Below are positions 30,561-40,380 of a DNA stretch of 64,000 bases, in pieces (position 1 is the first letter of the stretch; each line of letters starts with the position of its first letter). The DNA is taken from IMG/VR virus record IMGVR_UViG_2061766007_001503; one strand, written 5' to 3'. The translations under genes were made by a program, and so were the position numbers. This DNA comes from an uncultured virus (IMG/VR IMGVR_UViG_2061766007_001503) (Duplodnaviria; Heunggongvirae; Uroviricota; Caudoviricetes). The notes under the pieces were generated by a model, which saw only the letters and a list, made by a program, of their open reading frames with translations, did no database searches and had not been told where the DNA came from.

Positions 30561-30686
30561 GTTCGTTAATTTTATAGAAACCTATATAATAGAGTATTTA
30601 ATAAAAGAGCGTGATGAAACATCTTTCGCACTTCGTGCTCAAGAAGTTTCATCACTTGATCGTGACGAGTTTGATGAAAGGAGAAT

Positions 30687-30917
30687 ATGAAGATGGTTAC
30701 GAGGGATAATATTGAAGATGCAGCTAGAGATATTATAGATTTGTTTACAGATATACAGGTAAAAGAAAAAGAGTGGAGAGAAATATTAGATCAGAATTTA
30801 GGAAAGAATACTGAAGCATATCTCAATATAGAGGATCAACTCATGAATGATTTATGGGGAGATAGATTATTTCATGGGATAGTGGAAATTTTAGTAGATC
30901 TCTACCAAAATGGATAG
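30687..30917 (+). CDS. Hypothetical protein
   Basis: 76 aa; RBS AAAGGAG. Confidence 0.75.
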   Translation: MKMVTRDNIEDAARDIIDLFTDIQVKEKEWREILDQNLGKNTEAYLNIEDQLMNDLWGDRLFHGIVEILVDLYQNG

Positions 30918-31751
30918 TTTACTTTAACATATGCGTGGCGAGAGGGTAAATTATGAATATTGTGGTAAATTGTTGAAATTGTGAATATTGCAGATATTGC
31001 GGTGTAGGGGTGGCCGCGCCTCCTACCCAATACTTTCCCTTATTTAGAAAAACGATCACGTCCGTAATCCGCATACCTCCACTCCCGCGCCCCACCCGCC
31101 ACTATTATTTGANNNNNNNNNNNNNNNNNNNNNNNNNNNNNNNNNNNNNTAAGATGGAGAAGAGGCATTCCCGCTTGCTCTGTTCTCTTGTTATAACTAT
31201 TTTTTTATATAAAAAAGAGTAGGGTGAGTGTTTGCAACCCTCTTTTATACCCCGCCAGTGTCGTTCCCTGATAGCGGCTCTCTTTTTCTTTTGTTCCTTT
31301 CTCATCTTCTATATTTATTATATCATAAATTTTAATAAAAATCAAATGGTAGATCATTCATCCAAATTCATAAATTTCACGCTGGCCGGCCTTTCCAAAA
31401 TATAATAGCGTAGTTAGGCTCTAATTCTTTCTATTGTAATCATTGGTGGATTTACGGATATTTTTACGTAAGCCTCCGCGGAAAAATGTAATTTGGTTTA
31501 ACTCAAGGTGCCGGTCCATTCTTGCATGCGGGCGCTGGCGTGCCGGCCTTTCCTTGGGTGCACTTTGTGGGAAAATGAGCGCCATATGCTAGGCCACTTT
31601 TGGCAGCGAAAAAATGCCATATGGGAGTACAGGTGTAGAGTACGGCAGCGCATGTACGTCTGCGCGCCGCCAAACGCTTGTTATGTAACAAGCGTTATTT
31701 TTTAGGCAAAAAAATGAGCGAAAACTCTTGTTTTCGCTCAGAATTGTCAGA

Positions 31752-32318
31752 TTATTTGGCTAAAATTGCTTCAAAAATTGAATTTAAACCTTCATAACCA
31801 TAAATTTCAATTAATTTTTGATAATTTTGGTTTAATTTTGCAAAATTTTCATCTCTATTTATACAATTTTGTCTTTGAGTAACCCAACGTAAGTTATTTA
31901 ATCTATTATCTGATTTAATTCCATTAATATGATCAGCGACCATTGTGTCATCATTATCAATTGGACAAAAAGTTTCCAATACCATACGATTTACACGATA
32001 ATATTTTGTAGGTGTTTGTGTTTGGTCTGTTACCATAATATAACCATTGGTTGTTTTACCACCCACAATTCTACCTTCTTTAGTTTTTACTCTTCCTTTA
32101 TCAGAAACTAAATAACGAGTGTTTTTTGGATATTCTCGCCATTGTTCATCTTTTTCAGTAACATCTGATATTATTTGAAAATAAGTACTTCCTTTTTTAA
32201 AGGCTTTTTCAATAATAACACCTCTATTTTTAGCATAAATAATTTGTTTTTCTATGCCACCTTCAGAAGTATTCCACCCGTATTTTTCTTTTAATTGATT
32301 AAATGTAAAATATTCCAT
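31752..32318 (-). CDS. NUMOD4/HNH homing endonuclease
   Basis: EQWREYP...YLVSDKGRVK; YRVNRMVLETF...ADHINGIKSDNRLNNLRWVT...N. Confidence 0.85.
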   Translation of the reverse strand: MEYFTFNQLKEKYGWNTSEGGIEKQIIYAKNRGVIIEKAFKKGSTYFQIISDVTEKDEQWREYPKNTRYLVSDKGRVKTKEGRIVGGKTTNGYIMVTDQTQTPTKYYRVNRMVLETFCPIDNDDTMVADHINGIKSDNRLNNLRWVTQRQNCINRDENFAKLNQNYQKLIEIYGYEGLNSIFEAILAK

Positions 32319-32396
32319 AATTTTATTACCTCCGTTATTATATACAAAAATAAGGGCAATCTTTTTTATCAAGATTGCCCAAAAAACAAAGGTTTT

Positions 32397-32738
32397 TTAG
32401 TCTAAATTTTTTGTACGAGTTTCGATTACATCAATTTTGAAGATTTTTCCGCCAATTTCGACCTCAATCAGCTTATTTTCACGCAAAACCGCCAAATTGT
32501 CGAAATTTTCAGACAAAAAATCCAGAATTGCATTAAATAACTGCTGTTTTTCTGCGGAAACCGCCTTCTTCGGGGCAGTTTTCTTGACAGGCTTGTCAAT
32601 ATCCCGCTCATAACGGGTGTTTTCTTTTGCGCCCTGCTCCATTCTCGCCATCTCTTCGGCGTCCTCACGGGTGACAGGTTCGCCGTCTTTCTCGGCGTCA
32701 CGCATAATAGATAACACAAGTTTTTCAAAATCAGTCAT
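32397..32738 (-). CDS. Hypothetical protein, paralog family 2
   Basis: DGEPVTREDAEEMARME matches DGEPVTEAEALEMAKME in 36940..37287. Confidence 0.75.
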   Translation of the reverse strand: MTDFEKLVLSIMRDAEKDGEPVTREDAEEMARMEQGAKENTRYERDIDKPVKKTAPKKAVSAEKQQLFNAILDFLSENFDNLAVLRENKLIEVEIGGKIFKIDVIETRTKNLD

Positions 32739-32800
32739 TATTTAATCTCCCATTTTGGGGCGGTTTTTAGAGCAACCGCCCCGACACCGTTGTCAGAAAC

Positions 32801-33160
32801 TCACTTCGCAATAGCGAAGTAAGAAACCCGCTTTTCCACGGACTTGACAACCTCGCCAGTTCCCTTGTCGCCCAACTGAGTGAGCAGAGCGGAAACCTTT
32901 TGAGTAGTGAAACCGCTGAAACGCTCATCAGACTTGATGATTTCGGAAACGGTGACAGGCTTGTCAACCTTTGCAAGAACCTCAAGGATAGCGGTCTTGA
33001 TGTCCTCGTTCTCCGCCTGAACCTTGGTCGGCTTGCGGTTTGCGCTCTTCTTGTCAAGGGCGGCGATCCGCTCGTCACAGAAAGCGACAATGCCAGCATT
33101 GTCGGCGCACAGGGTCTTAATCTCGTTAAAATAGTCACGCTGGGTTTTCTTGTTTGCCAT
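32801..33160 (-). CDS. Coiled-coil/winged-helix-like protein, paralog family 1
   Basis: MANKKTQRDYFNE...LDKKSANRKPTKVQ...TVSEIIKSDERF...TTQKVSALL...VEKRVSYF. Confidence 0.75.
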   Translation of the reverse strand: MANKKTQRDYFNEIKTLCADNAGIVAFCDERIAALDKKSANRKPTKVQAENEDIKTAILEVLAKVDKPVTVSEIIKSDERFSGFTTQKVSALLTQLGDKGTGEVVKSVEKRVSYFAIAK

Positions 33161-33469
33161 AATCAACACCTCTTTCTTAAAATTAGTTGTTTGTTTGTTA
33201 CAAGAACATTTTAGCACTTTTTGGAACATCTGTCAAGTACTTTTTTTATTTAATTTTCAAGGAGCAAGTGGGGTTTTCTTTCTTTACCTTACATACTTAT
33301 TATATCATAAGTTTTTAAGGAAGTCAAGAAGTTTTTTTTGAAGTGGGATTTTTATTTTTTTCTTTCCCTTACCTTCAAATACATTATATCAAAATTTTTA
33401 TAAAAAATCAAGTACAAAAAAATGATCCAAACAGGTGTGATTTTTGTGCAAGATGCACAAAAGAAAAAA

Positions 33470-33640
33470 GTCAATGGTAATGTTGCACAAATTTTAGGAA
33501 AAATCTGGCAAAAAATTTGTGCAAATTTACTATTGACAAATTTCTGCGGAGGTGGTATAATGGAAAATTCGGCGCTCGCACGACTGAAAGGAGTCGCGCT
33601 CGCGCCGACAAAAGGCCCGCCCATTAGAGGGCAGGCCTAT
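33470..33640 (+). promoter_or_regulatory. Composite repeat unit A
   Basis: TTGCACAAA..TTTGTGCAA; TTGACA 33533, TATAAT 33556; hairpin 33569-33608; terminator-like stem follows. Confidence 0.8.
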
Positions 33641-33788
33641 TTTCTTCAGATGGTTGAATTTCCTCAATTTTCCAAATTTCAGTCTGTGAATAATTTTCCT
33701 CAAAACACAAGTAAGCAATTAAATCATAAATACCATTACAATGAAAATTCCTTCGGTTGCCGTCAGTAAAGTATACTCTATAATCCAT
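33624..33788 (-). CDS. Small hypothetical protein
   Basis: MDYRVYFTDGN...; RBS AAGGAG. Confidence 0.65.
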   Translation of the reverse strand: MDYRVYFTDGNRRNFHCNGIYDLIAYLCFEENYSQTEIWKIEEIQPSEENRPAL

Positions 33789-33811
33789 TTTTTCTCCTTC
33801 CTTGTGGGCGG

Positions 33812-34510
33812 TTAATCCGCCCACAGTTTAGCGTCAAAGCGCTTGCGCTTGCGATAGCAATAGGCAAGAATTTCTTTCTCAATAAGACAATCATCAAGCC
33901 CCTTGTGTTCCTCTTTGAAGGTGTTGTCTTTGCTGATGAAGCGGTAGAGGATTTCTGCGGTAAGTCTAGGTCTAGGGATTGAGTGCTTGGTCATATAGCC
34001 ATTTTCTCTGCAAAACTTTCGATAAGTGGGCATAGGTGCAATTAACTGTTTCGCCGCCTTGAGCGTGTCACAAATTTCAACGCCATAAGGAAGAAAATAG
34101 CGATATTTGGACTTTGTGAGCCAACGCTCGGTGTTGTTAAGAGAGCCATCATCAAACCGCATATTGTGGGCATACACCTGCTTGACTTCATAATCCGCAA
34201 TATCCTGTAAGAGTGCTTTGCGGATATTGTAGAAACTTGTCAAAATGCGGGTTCCCGCCTTAATATCTTCCCAATATTCAGGAATTTTCTTTGCATAGTA
34301 AGCACTTTGCATTAATTCCTTTTCATCAAGGAAAATATCTGCATTTACGAAACTTCTTGTTTCATAAATGTTTCCGTGCTTATCAGTTACTACCCACCCT
34401 AAATCATATACGAGGGAGTTTGCGGGAAGCACTCCCTTATACTCTCTATCGCAGGGCGCGGTTTCACAATCTAAAACAATCTTATAATTCCTGCGTCTGT
34501 CAATACCCAT
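33812..34510 (-). CDS. DEDDh 3'-5' exonuclease (DnaQ-like)
   Basis: VLDCETA, YAHNMRFD, EHKGLDD motifs. Confidence 0.85.
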   Translation of the reverse strand: MGIDRRRNYKIVLDCETAPCDREYKGVLPANSLVYDLGWVVTDKHGNIYETRSFVNADIFLDEKELMQSAYYAKKIPEYWEDIKAGTRILTSFYNIRKALLQDIADYEVKQVYAHNMRFDDGSLNNTERWLTKSKYRYFLPYGVEICDTLKAAKQLIAPMPTYRKFCRENGYMTKHSIPRPRLTAEILYRFISKDNTFKEEHKGLDDCLIEKEILAYCYRKRKRFDAKLWAD

Positions 34511-34609
34511 TCTCTTTCTATCCATTCCTTTCTGTTGGTGCGTCAACCTCATTGACAAGTACAGTATAACATACCCTTCAAAGTGTGTCAACCTTTTTCA
34601 CAGAAAAAA

Positions 34610-34724
34610 TTGCACAAATTTCGGGATCAAAATAATGAAAATTTTGTGCAACTTTTTGCTTGACAAATTTTGCGGGATGTAGTATAATGAAAAATTCGCG
34701 CCGTGTGCACTTCGACACGGCGCG
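34610..34724 (+). promoter_or_regulatory. Composite repeat unit B
   Basis: TTGACA 34660, TATAAT 34683; hairpin CGCGCCGTGT-GCACTTCG-ACACGGCGCG. Confidence 0.8.
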
Positions 34725-34786
34725 GCAAAAAACAGATGTTATTTTTTTGGTAAAAAGAGAGGTGGCGGGAAACCGCCACCTGTTAT

Positions 34787-34987
34787 TTATTTAAAAAGGT
34801 CATCTTCGACTTCCGCACTAGACCAACAGAAGACACCACCGCATCGAATGAATTTTGCAACTGCAAAATCGCAACCCCATTCAAAGCAATAATTGATAAG
34901 TTCTTTTGCGCTTCGTTTAGTAAGCGCGTATCTATCTCCGAGAGTGACATCATACTTACCTTTTGTTAAAATTGTTACTTTGTACAT
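34787..34987 (-). CDS. Small hypothetical protein
   Basis: MYKVTILTKGKY...; RBS AAGGAG. Confidence 0.65.
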   Translation of the reverse strand: MYKVTILTKGKYDVTLGDRYALTKRSAKELINYCFEWGCDFAVAKFIRCGGVFCWSSAEVEDDLFK

Positions 34988-34991
34988 TTTT

Positions 34992-35213
34992 TTATCTCCT
35001 TTCCATAATCCGCTTCCACACTTCGCCACAGATAGCATCGAAGATGTCCGCCCACTGCTCTTCGGTGATGATGTAGTCCTCAACAACCTCATCGGTATCG
35101 GTATCTCCGAGGACATTAGCAACCGCCTGCTCTGCTTCGCAGTCTTCGGCGAGCATTTCATCAACAACCGCCTCAATATCAATGTCAACAACAGTAGTGA
35201 TTTCAAACTTCAT
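34992..35213 (-). CDS. Small acidic hypothetical protein
   Basis: 73 aa, very acidic; RBS GAGGT. Confidence 0.7.
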   Translation of the reverse strand: MKFEITTVVDIDIEAVVDEMLAEDCEAEQAVANVLGDTDTDEVVEDYIITEEQWADIFDAICGEVWKRIMERR

Positions 35214-35330
35214 TTTATTTTACCTCTCTTTTGTAATAAAGAAATGAAAGACCTGAACCAATAATAAAACCAATGATAAACAATATTGCAATAATCATTT
35301 TTATTTCCCTCACTTTCTGAAATAAGTATA

Positions 35331-35594
35331 TCACATTCCCGCAGGTGTGTCAAGTAGTTTTCTAAACTTTTCATAAAATTCTTCATAAAGTTTCTTGATG
35401 ACCTCATACTCGATCCCGCACTCCTGGACGAAGAAACACACACCCAGGCAACGAGAAAGTGCGCAATTCACGGTATGATTAATGATGTCAAAGGACGCTC
35501 CCTTTTCACGCTCACGGGCAACCGCTCTTTCGGTGTCGCGATATTCGTGCTGATAGTAGTGTCTGATAGCGTTAAGCGTAATAACCTTATCCAT
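35331..35594 (-). CDS. Hypothetical protein
   Basis: 87 aa; RBS GAGGT. Confidence 0.7.
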   Translation of the reverse strand: MDKVITLNAIRHYYQHEYRDTERAVAREREKGASFDIINHTVNCALSRCLGVCFFVQECGIEYEVIKKLYEEFYEKFRKLLDTPAGM

Positions 35595-35675
35595 TTTGAA
35601 CCTCTCTATTGTTGTGCTATCTCTTTATTACAAGTATAGTATAAGCCTTTTTGCGGAAAATGTCAACAGGTAATA

Positions 35676-35756
35676 TTGCACAAAATGCGTGTGAAAATTT
35701 TGTTGAAATTGCCTATTGACAAAAATGCGGGTCGCGCCGAACTGCGCGCGGCCCGC
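35676..35756 (+). promoter_or_regulatory. Composite repeat unit C (-10 box absent)
   Basis: TTGACA 35716 followed directly by hairpin GCGGGTCGCGC-CGAACTGC-GCGCGGCCCGC. Confidence 0.75.
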
Positions 35757-35815
35757 CAAACAGGTGTTATTTTATTTGCCAAAAAAAACAGGTGGAATTA
35801 AATCCACCTGTTATC

Positions 35816-35974
35816 TTACTCGACGGGAATACGCTTGCGCTCCTGTCGGGTCGGGTACTTCGCACTTTTCATAGTGCGGGTTCCCGTGTTGAACCCATTG
35901 GTTCCCCGCTGGATTTTCTGCAAAGCCTTGTAGGCTTTCTTTGTCATTCCCTTGCGATTTCCGATACTAGCCAT
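35816..35974 (-). CDS. Small basic protein (52 aa, not in ORF track)
   Basis: MASIGNRKGMTKKAYKALQKIQRGTNGFNTGTRTMKSAKYPTRQERKRIPVE*; RBS GAGGG. Confidence 0.6.
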   Translation of the reverse strand: MASIGNRKGMTKKAYKALQKIQRGTNGFNTGTRTMKSAKYPTRQERKRIPVE

Positions 35975-35978
35975 TGTT

Positions 35979-36500
35979 TTATCCCTCACTTTCTAAATCA
36001 ATGATACCATTTTTTTCATAAAAAGTCAAGAGTGCTTCTTGCATATTTTCCCACATTTTCTTGACTTTCTTCGGGTGTGCTTTTGCATACGCTACAGCCC
36101 AGGCGGTTGCCATAATCTCGTCAGGCAGGTTGAAATACTGCCATTCAAGAGCCTTTGAGCGGTCTGCGTCTGCGGTTTCCATTTCACGCTCAATGCGCTC
36201 TTTTTCTGCGATACAGAAATCATATACTTCGCCGTCAACATCATCATTTGCCTTGTGGTGTCCGACTTCGTGAAGCAAAGACATCACAAAAGGAAATCTG
36301 ACATCATAATCAAAACGCTCTTTGATGAATTCGATGAACCACTTGTCCTCAATGCCATTCTCCGTCAGTTTGAAAGTGACGGTAGCGTCATCAAAGAAGT
36401 ATGCATAAGCGGTGTCCACCTTTGCGCCCTTGATACCAAACGGCGCAAGTTCCTTGCCGATAGCCTTGTTCAGTTTTGCCTTGCCCTTAACCTTTGCCAT
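35979..36500 (-). CDS. HExxH zincin-like metallopeptidase, paralog family 3
   Basis: SLLHEVGHH...QYFNLPDEIMATAWA. Confidence 0.7.
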   Translation of the reverse strand: MAKVKGKAKLNKAIGKELAPFGIKGAKVDTAYAYFFDDATVTFKLTENGIEDKWFIEFIKERFDYDVRFPFVMSLLHEVGHHKANDDVDGEVYDFCIAEKERIEREMETADADRSKALEWQYFNLPDEIMATAWAVAYAKAHPKKVKKMWENMQEALLTFYEKNGIIDLESEG

Positions 36501-36562
36501 TGTCTGTCCCTCACTTTCTGTACTTATTATAGCGCACCCAAACAGATTTTGCAAGTAGCAAA

Positions 36563-36678
36563 TTGCACAAAATTTTGGGATCATTTTTGTGCAATTTTTT
36601 TTCAAAAAATGCTTGACAAAAATCTGGCGGTATGGTATAATAGAAAAATTCGGCGCGTGTTGAACTGCACACGCGCCG
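36563..36678 (+). promoter_or_regulatory. Composite repeat unit D
   Basis: TTGACA 36613, TATAAT 36636; hairpin CGGCGCGTGT-TGAACTGC-ACACGCGCCG. Confidence 0.8.
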
Positions 36679-36754
36679 CCAAACGCATGTTATTAAAACA
36701 TTTGTTATTTTTTGAATAAAAAATAACGGGCAGGATCATTCCCGCCCGTGGTGT

Positions 36755-36925
36755 CTATTTGACCTTGACACCTGCGACAACACCCGAAGGGAGATAGACA
36801 TTCTCCCCGATGACAGCGAAGCCGAAAACCTCGCCCCAATTGCGGAAGACATAGTCTTCACGCCACTTCCGCACGAACTCCTTGCGGGTGCGGGGACACA
36901 TTGCATAAAACTTCTGTTTGGTCAT
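36755..36925 (-). CDS. Small hypothetical protein (56 aa, not in ORF track)
   Basis: MTKQKFYAMCPRTRKEFVRKW...; RBS AAGGAG. Confidence 0.6.
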   Translation of the reverse strand: MTKQKFYAMCPRTRKEFVRKWREDYVFRNWGEVFGFAVIGENVYLPSGVVAGVKVK

Positions 36926-36939
36926 AGTCTTGTTCTCCT

Positions 36940-37287
36940 TTACTTTGCGTTGCGGTGTTTGATAAGTTTCAGTGAATACGAAGTGCCATTGTAGGTAAAA
37001 TGCACATCGGTTTCGTTCTGCAAGGTAATGTCAGAAGCGTTTTCGAGGTCGGCAAGCATTTCCGCGCACTCCTCAAGAATAAACTTCTTTTCGTTGTCAA
37101 CCTTGCGCTCCCTAGGCTTCTTTACTTTTCTTTCGGGGCTAGCCTGGGTGTAGTTCTTGATTTCCTCTGCTCCCATCTCCATCTTTGCCATCTCAAGGGC
37201 TTCCGCTTCAGTCACGGGTTCGCCATCTGCTTTGGCTTCAAGAAAAATCTGGCGGGCAAGGTCTTCGATAGTCTTTGCTTTTGCCAT
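36940..37287 (-). CDS. Hypothetical protein, paralog family 2
   Basis: MAKAKTIEDLARQIF...DGEPVTEAEALEMAKME. Confidence 0.75.
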   Translation of the reverse strand: MAKAKTIEDLARQIFLEAKADGEPVTEAEALEMAKMEMGAEEIKNYTQASPERKVKKPRERKVDNEKKFILEECAEMLADLENASDITLQNETDVHFTYNGTSYSLKLIKHRNAK

Positions 37288-37437
37288 TCTGTATCCCTCA
37301 CTTTCTAGATACATTGTAGCACTTTTTGGGGTGCTTGTCAACAGTTACTTTTAAGAAATTTTCGGGGTGTAGAGCATTTCCTCATTTCTTATATATAAAT
37401 TATAGCAAAAATTTTTAAAAAAATCAAGTAGGCAATT

Positions 37438-37551
37438 TTAACAAATTTTGGGATCTTACCACCTAAAAATTTGTGCAACTTGCCTATTGACAAAAATGCG
37501 GGGATGTGATATAATGGAAATTTCGCGCCGCGGCGGTTCATCAGCGGCGCG
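37438..37551 (+). promoter_or_regulatory. Composite repeat unit E
   Basis: TTGACA 37487, TATAAT 37510; hairpin CGCGCCGC-GGCGGTTCATCA-GCGGCGCG. Confidence 0.8.
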
Positions 37552-37632
37552 NNNNNNNNNNNNNNNNNNNNNNNNNNNNNNNNNNNNNNNNNNNNNNNNN
37601 NNNNNNNNNNNNNNNNNNNNNNNNNNNNNNNN

Positions 37633-37968
37633 GGACACCCGCTTCTCAACGGTCTTGACCACAGTCCCCGCATCAACCATCTGCTTGAGCAGTGCAGTGA
37701 CCTTCTGGGTCGTCATACCCTCGAAACGGTCATCGGACTTGATAACCTCGGAAACGGTCATCTTCTTGCCATCGGCAAGCACCTCGGCAACCGCCACCTT
37801 CAGACCCTCGTTCTCGGTCTGCACCTTCGTAGGCTTGCGGTTAGCGGACTTCTTGTCGAGCAGGGCAATTCTAGCCTCTGCCATCTCGATCAGGTCGGGT
37901 CTGCCTGCGACCTCGAACACCTTAATAGCCTCGTTAAAGAAATCTCTCTGCGTCATCTTGTTTGCCAT
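37633..37968 (-). CDS. Paralog family 1 protein (3' end in N-gap)
   Basis: MANKMTQRDFFNE...LDKKSANRKPTKVQ...TTQKVTALL...VEKRVS. Confidence 0.75.
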
Positions 37969-38364
37969 AATCAACACCTCTTTCTTTTGTTAGGTTTTAG
38001 GGGTCATCCCCTTTGTTACAAGAACATTGTAGCACATCTTTATTCAGTTGTCAAGGAATTTTTGAAGTTTTTTTCCGAGACTTCAAACTCACGGAATTGA
38101 CTGTCACAGGTTTTCTCTTAATGCCCGCGCGGTAGTTCTAACATCATAGGAGTTTTCCTTGCGCTCTTTCAAGTCGCTTCCTTTATCTTATGTACTTATT
38201 ATATCAGAAGTTTGGTGGAAAGTCAAGCGCTTTTTTTATTTTTTATTGCCCGAACCGTTGTTCCTACGGCAAGGCGGGGAGAGCCGTTCTGCCCACTCTT
38301 TTATCTTTCCCTTAACTTCTATAAAGATTATATCAAAAATTATTTAAAAAATCAAGTTGGCATT

Positions 38365-38489
38365 TTGCACAAAATTTTGGGAAAAATGATCTAGATCTTT
38401 GTGCATTTTTTCTCTTGACAAAAGTGTGCGAAATGTGGTATAATGGAATTTCGGCGCGCGGCGTGGCACTTCATACGTTCGCGCGCCGA
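38365..38489 (+). promoter_or_regulatory. Composite repeat unit F
   Basis: TTGACA 38415, TATAAT 38439; hairpin 38451-38489 with loop GCACTTCA. Confidence 0.8.
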
Positions 38490-38527
38490 CAAATAAAAAA
38501 GGCGCCCCGTAGGGCGCCAAAGAGAGG

Positions 38528-38692
38528 TCATCTGAGGCGGATTCGCCTAGCTTCCTGAAGCGGGAGCAGGGGCGCCGACTTGTCAACGATAACATCTTCA
38601 AAGTCAACCGTGTACTTCTGTCCAGAGGCTTTAGCCTCGTTCATCGTGCGAACTACAGTGCCATCAGCAAGAACATAGATAAGATTTCTCAT
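38528..38692 (-). CDS. Small hypothetical protein (54 aa, not in ORF track)
   Basis: MRNLIYVLADGTVVRTMNEAKASGQKY...; RBS GAGGT. Confidence 0.65.
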   Translation of the reverse strand: MRNLIYVLADGTVVRTMNEAKASGQKYTVDFEDVIVDKSAPLLPLQEARRIRLR

Positions 38693-38774
38693 TTTTTTTA
38701 CCTCTCATTGAAAGTGTGTTTAAGGGGTTTTCCCTTTGTTTCTAAAATCATTATAACATTATTTTTTTTAATTG

Positions 38775-39017
38775 TCAACCCCTTTTCGCAAAAAAGTTGA
38801 AAAGGATTAAGCCGAGCGTGATTGCAAAGCAAGCGCAATCTTTAACCTTGTCCGCCATGGGACGCTTGAGGACGAAACAACGAATTGCAGAAATGGTATT
38901 GCACCCGAGATAGATACCCTGCCCGAGATAAAAATTCTCACCCACTACGCATTGTGCCACGATAAGCCCGATAAGCACTACAAACTGAAGATTTTCAAAA
39001 AACTTTTTCATACTCAT
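38775..39017 (-). CDS. Small membrane protein
   Basis: Three hydrophobic segments; RBS GAGGT. Confidence 0.7.
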   Translation of the reverse strand: MSMKKFFENLQFVVLIGLIVAQCVVGENFYLGQGIYLGCNTISAIRCFVLKRPMADKVKDCACFAITLGLILFNFFAKRG

Positions 39018-39082
39018 TACCTCTCTTTCTCTCTCTTGACAATAACAGTATAACACATTATGGGATAAATGCAATGTACAAA

Positions 39083-39163
39083 TTGCACAAAATTTGAATT
39101 GCATTTTTGTGCAAGATCACTATTGACAAAAAATACGCGGCGTGTGGGTTCATACACGCCGCG
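39083..39163 (+). promoter_or_regulatory. Composite repeat unit G (-10 box absent)
   Basis: TTGACA 39123; hairpin CGCGGCGTGT-GGGTTCAT-ACACGCCGCG. Confidence 0.75.
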
Positions 39164-39215
39164 CTCAAAAAAAGAGGTGCGGAGAGTTTCCGCACCTTTT
39201 AATCTTGGCTCTTTG

Positions 39216-39671
39216 TTATGCGAGGGAATAAAGACTATCTCTCACCTCGATTTCCTTCGCTACTGTTACTACCTTGGGTCCAGAGTAATCATAATCTCTA
39301 ACAGTAATCTTGTAAGGGTCTGAGTATCTCTGCTTCAAAAAGCCGCCTGCACAAAGTCTACGGCAAGTCGCGGTAGTTCTCTGCACCGTCCAACGGATAC
39401 CATTTTCTTTAAGATATTTTACAATATCCTTAATCTTACATTCTCCCTCTAACTTCTCAAAAAATTCCATAATCACGGAGATATCCTTGCCAAGCCGAAC
39501 CATTTCCATAAAATTGCTAGAAGAAACCGAGCTATCCAATGAAGCATCGATCACATGGATGCTTCCGCTATAATTGCGATAATTGCGCCAGTAAAATGCA
39601 TATCTATCACACATTACCGCAAGTCCAATCATTTCAAGGTTCTCTTTTGTCATAAAATCTCTAACTTCCAT
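39216..39671 (-). CDS. Hypothetical protein, possible winged helix
   Basis: CKIKDIVKYL...TVQRTTATCRRLCAGGFL. Confidence 0.65.
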   Translation of the reverse strand: MEVRDFMTKENLEMIGLAVMCDRYAFYWRNYRNYSGSIHVIDASLDSSVSSSNFMEMVRLGKDISVIMEFFEKLEGECKIKDIVKYLKENGIRWTVQRTTATCRRLCAGGFLKQRYSDPYKITVRDYDYSGPKVVTVAKEIEVRDSLYSLA

Positions 39672-39722
39672 TTTTATTTACCTCGCTTTCTATAACTACT
39701 TTATCATATAAAGGCTTTTTTG

Positions 39723-40163
39723 TCAAGCCCCTTTTTTAAATTTTTTAATTTGTTTTGTGGTCAGAAGGGTTGCACCGTCAAATTTGATTTGCACTTCTCT
39801 TCCGTTGATATTAATATCACCCTGCACCCAAAAAGGAATTGTATCTTTTTCCCAGGTCTGCCCATAATATTCGGTGACAAGTTTCTCGAAAATTTCACCC
39901 TTATTATACTTATCATCAACCAACTGGCACTCCGAACCTAAGCACACAGGATTTTTTTTCATAAGTTGCGCCTTATAGGCTTTCTTGACGCGGAGGCGGA
40001 GATTGTCGCCCTGATTGCGGCTTGCTTCCTCTGCGGAAAGATATCTAGGCATGATCTCTGCAACATTTACCATATAAATATTTTTATCATAGGTAAAGCC
40101 TAAAATATAACTATCCGCCGCCGACTTATCTCTATACCATTTCATCATCGTTTTCTTTGTCAT
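39723..40163 (-). CDS. Hypothetical protein, possible PD-(D/E)XK-like nuclease
   Basis: NKGEIFE...GDINING...QIKF. Confidence 0.5.
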   Translation of the reverse strand: MTKKTMMKWYRDKSAADSYILGFTYDKNIYMVNVAEIMPRYLSAEEASRNQGDNLRLRVKKAYKAQLMKKNPVCLGSECQLVDDKYNKGEIFEKLVTEYYGQTWEKDTIPFWVQGDININGREVQIKFDGATLLTTKQIKKFKKGA

Positions 40164-40238
40164 TTGTTAAGTACCTCTCTTTCCCTTACCTTGTAAATAC
40201 ATTATACTCCCCGGCAGGTAAAAATGCAATAGGGCAAA

Positions 40239-40364
40239 TTGCACAAAATTTTGGGATAAAATTTGTGCATTTTGCCGATTAAAAAGTGCTTGACAAAATG
40301 CTGAAGGTGTGGTATAATATAAAATTCGGCGCGCACCGGCTTTAGCCATTCGGGTGCGCGCCGA
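40239..40364 (+). promoter_or_regulatory. Composite repeat unit H
   Basis: TTGACA 40290, TATAAT 40313; hairpin 40326-40364 with loop containing GCCATTCG. Confidence 0.8.
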
Positions 40365-40380
40365 CATAAAGAGAGGGCGG

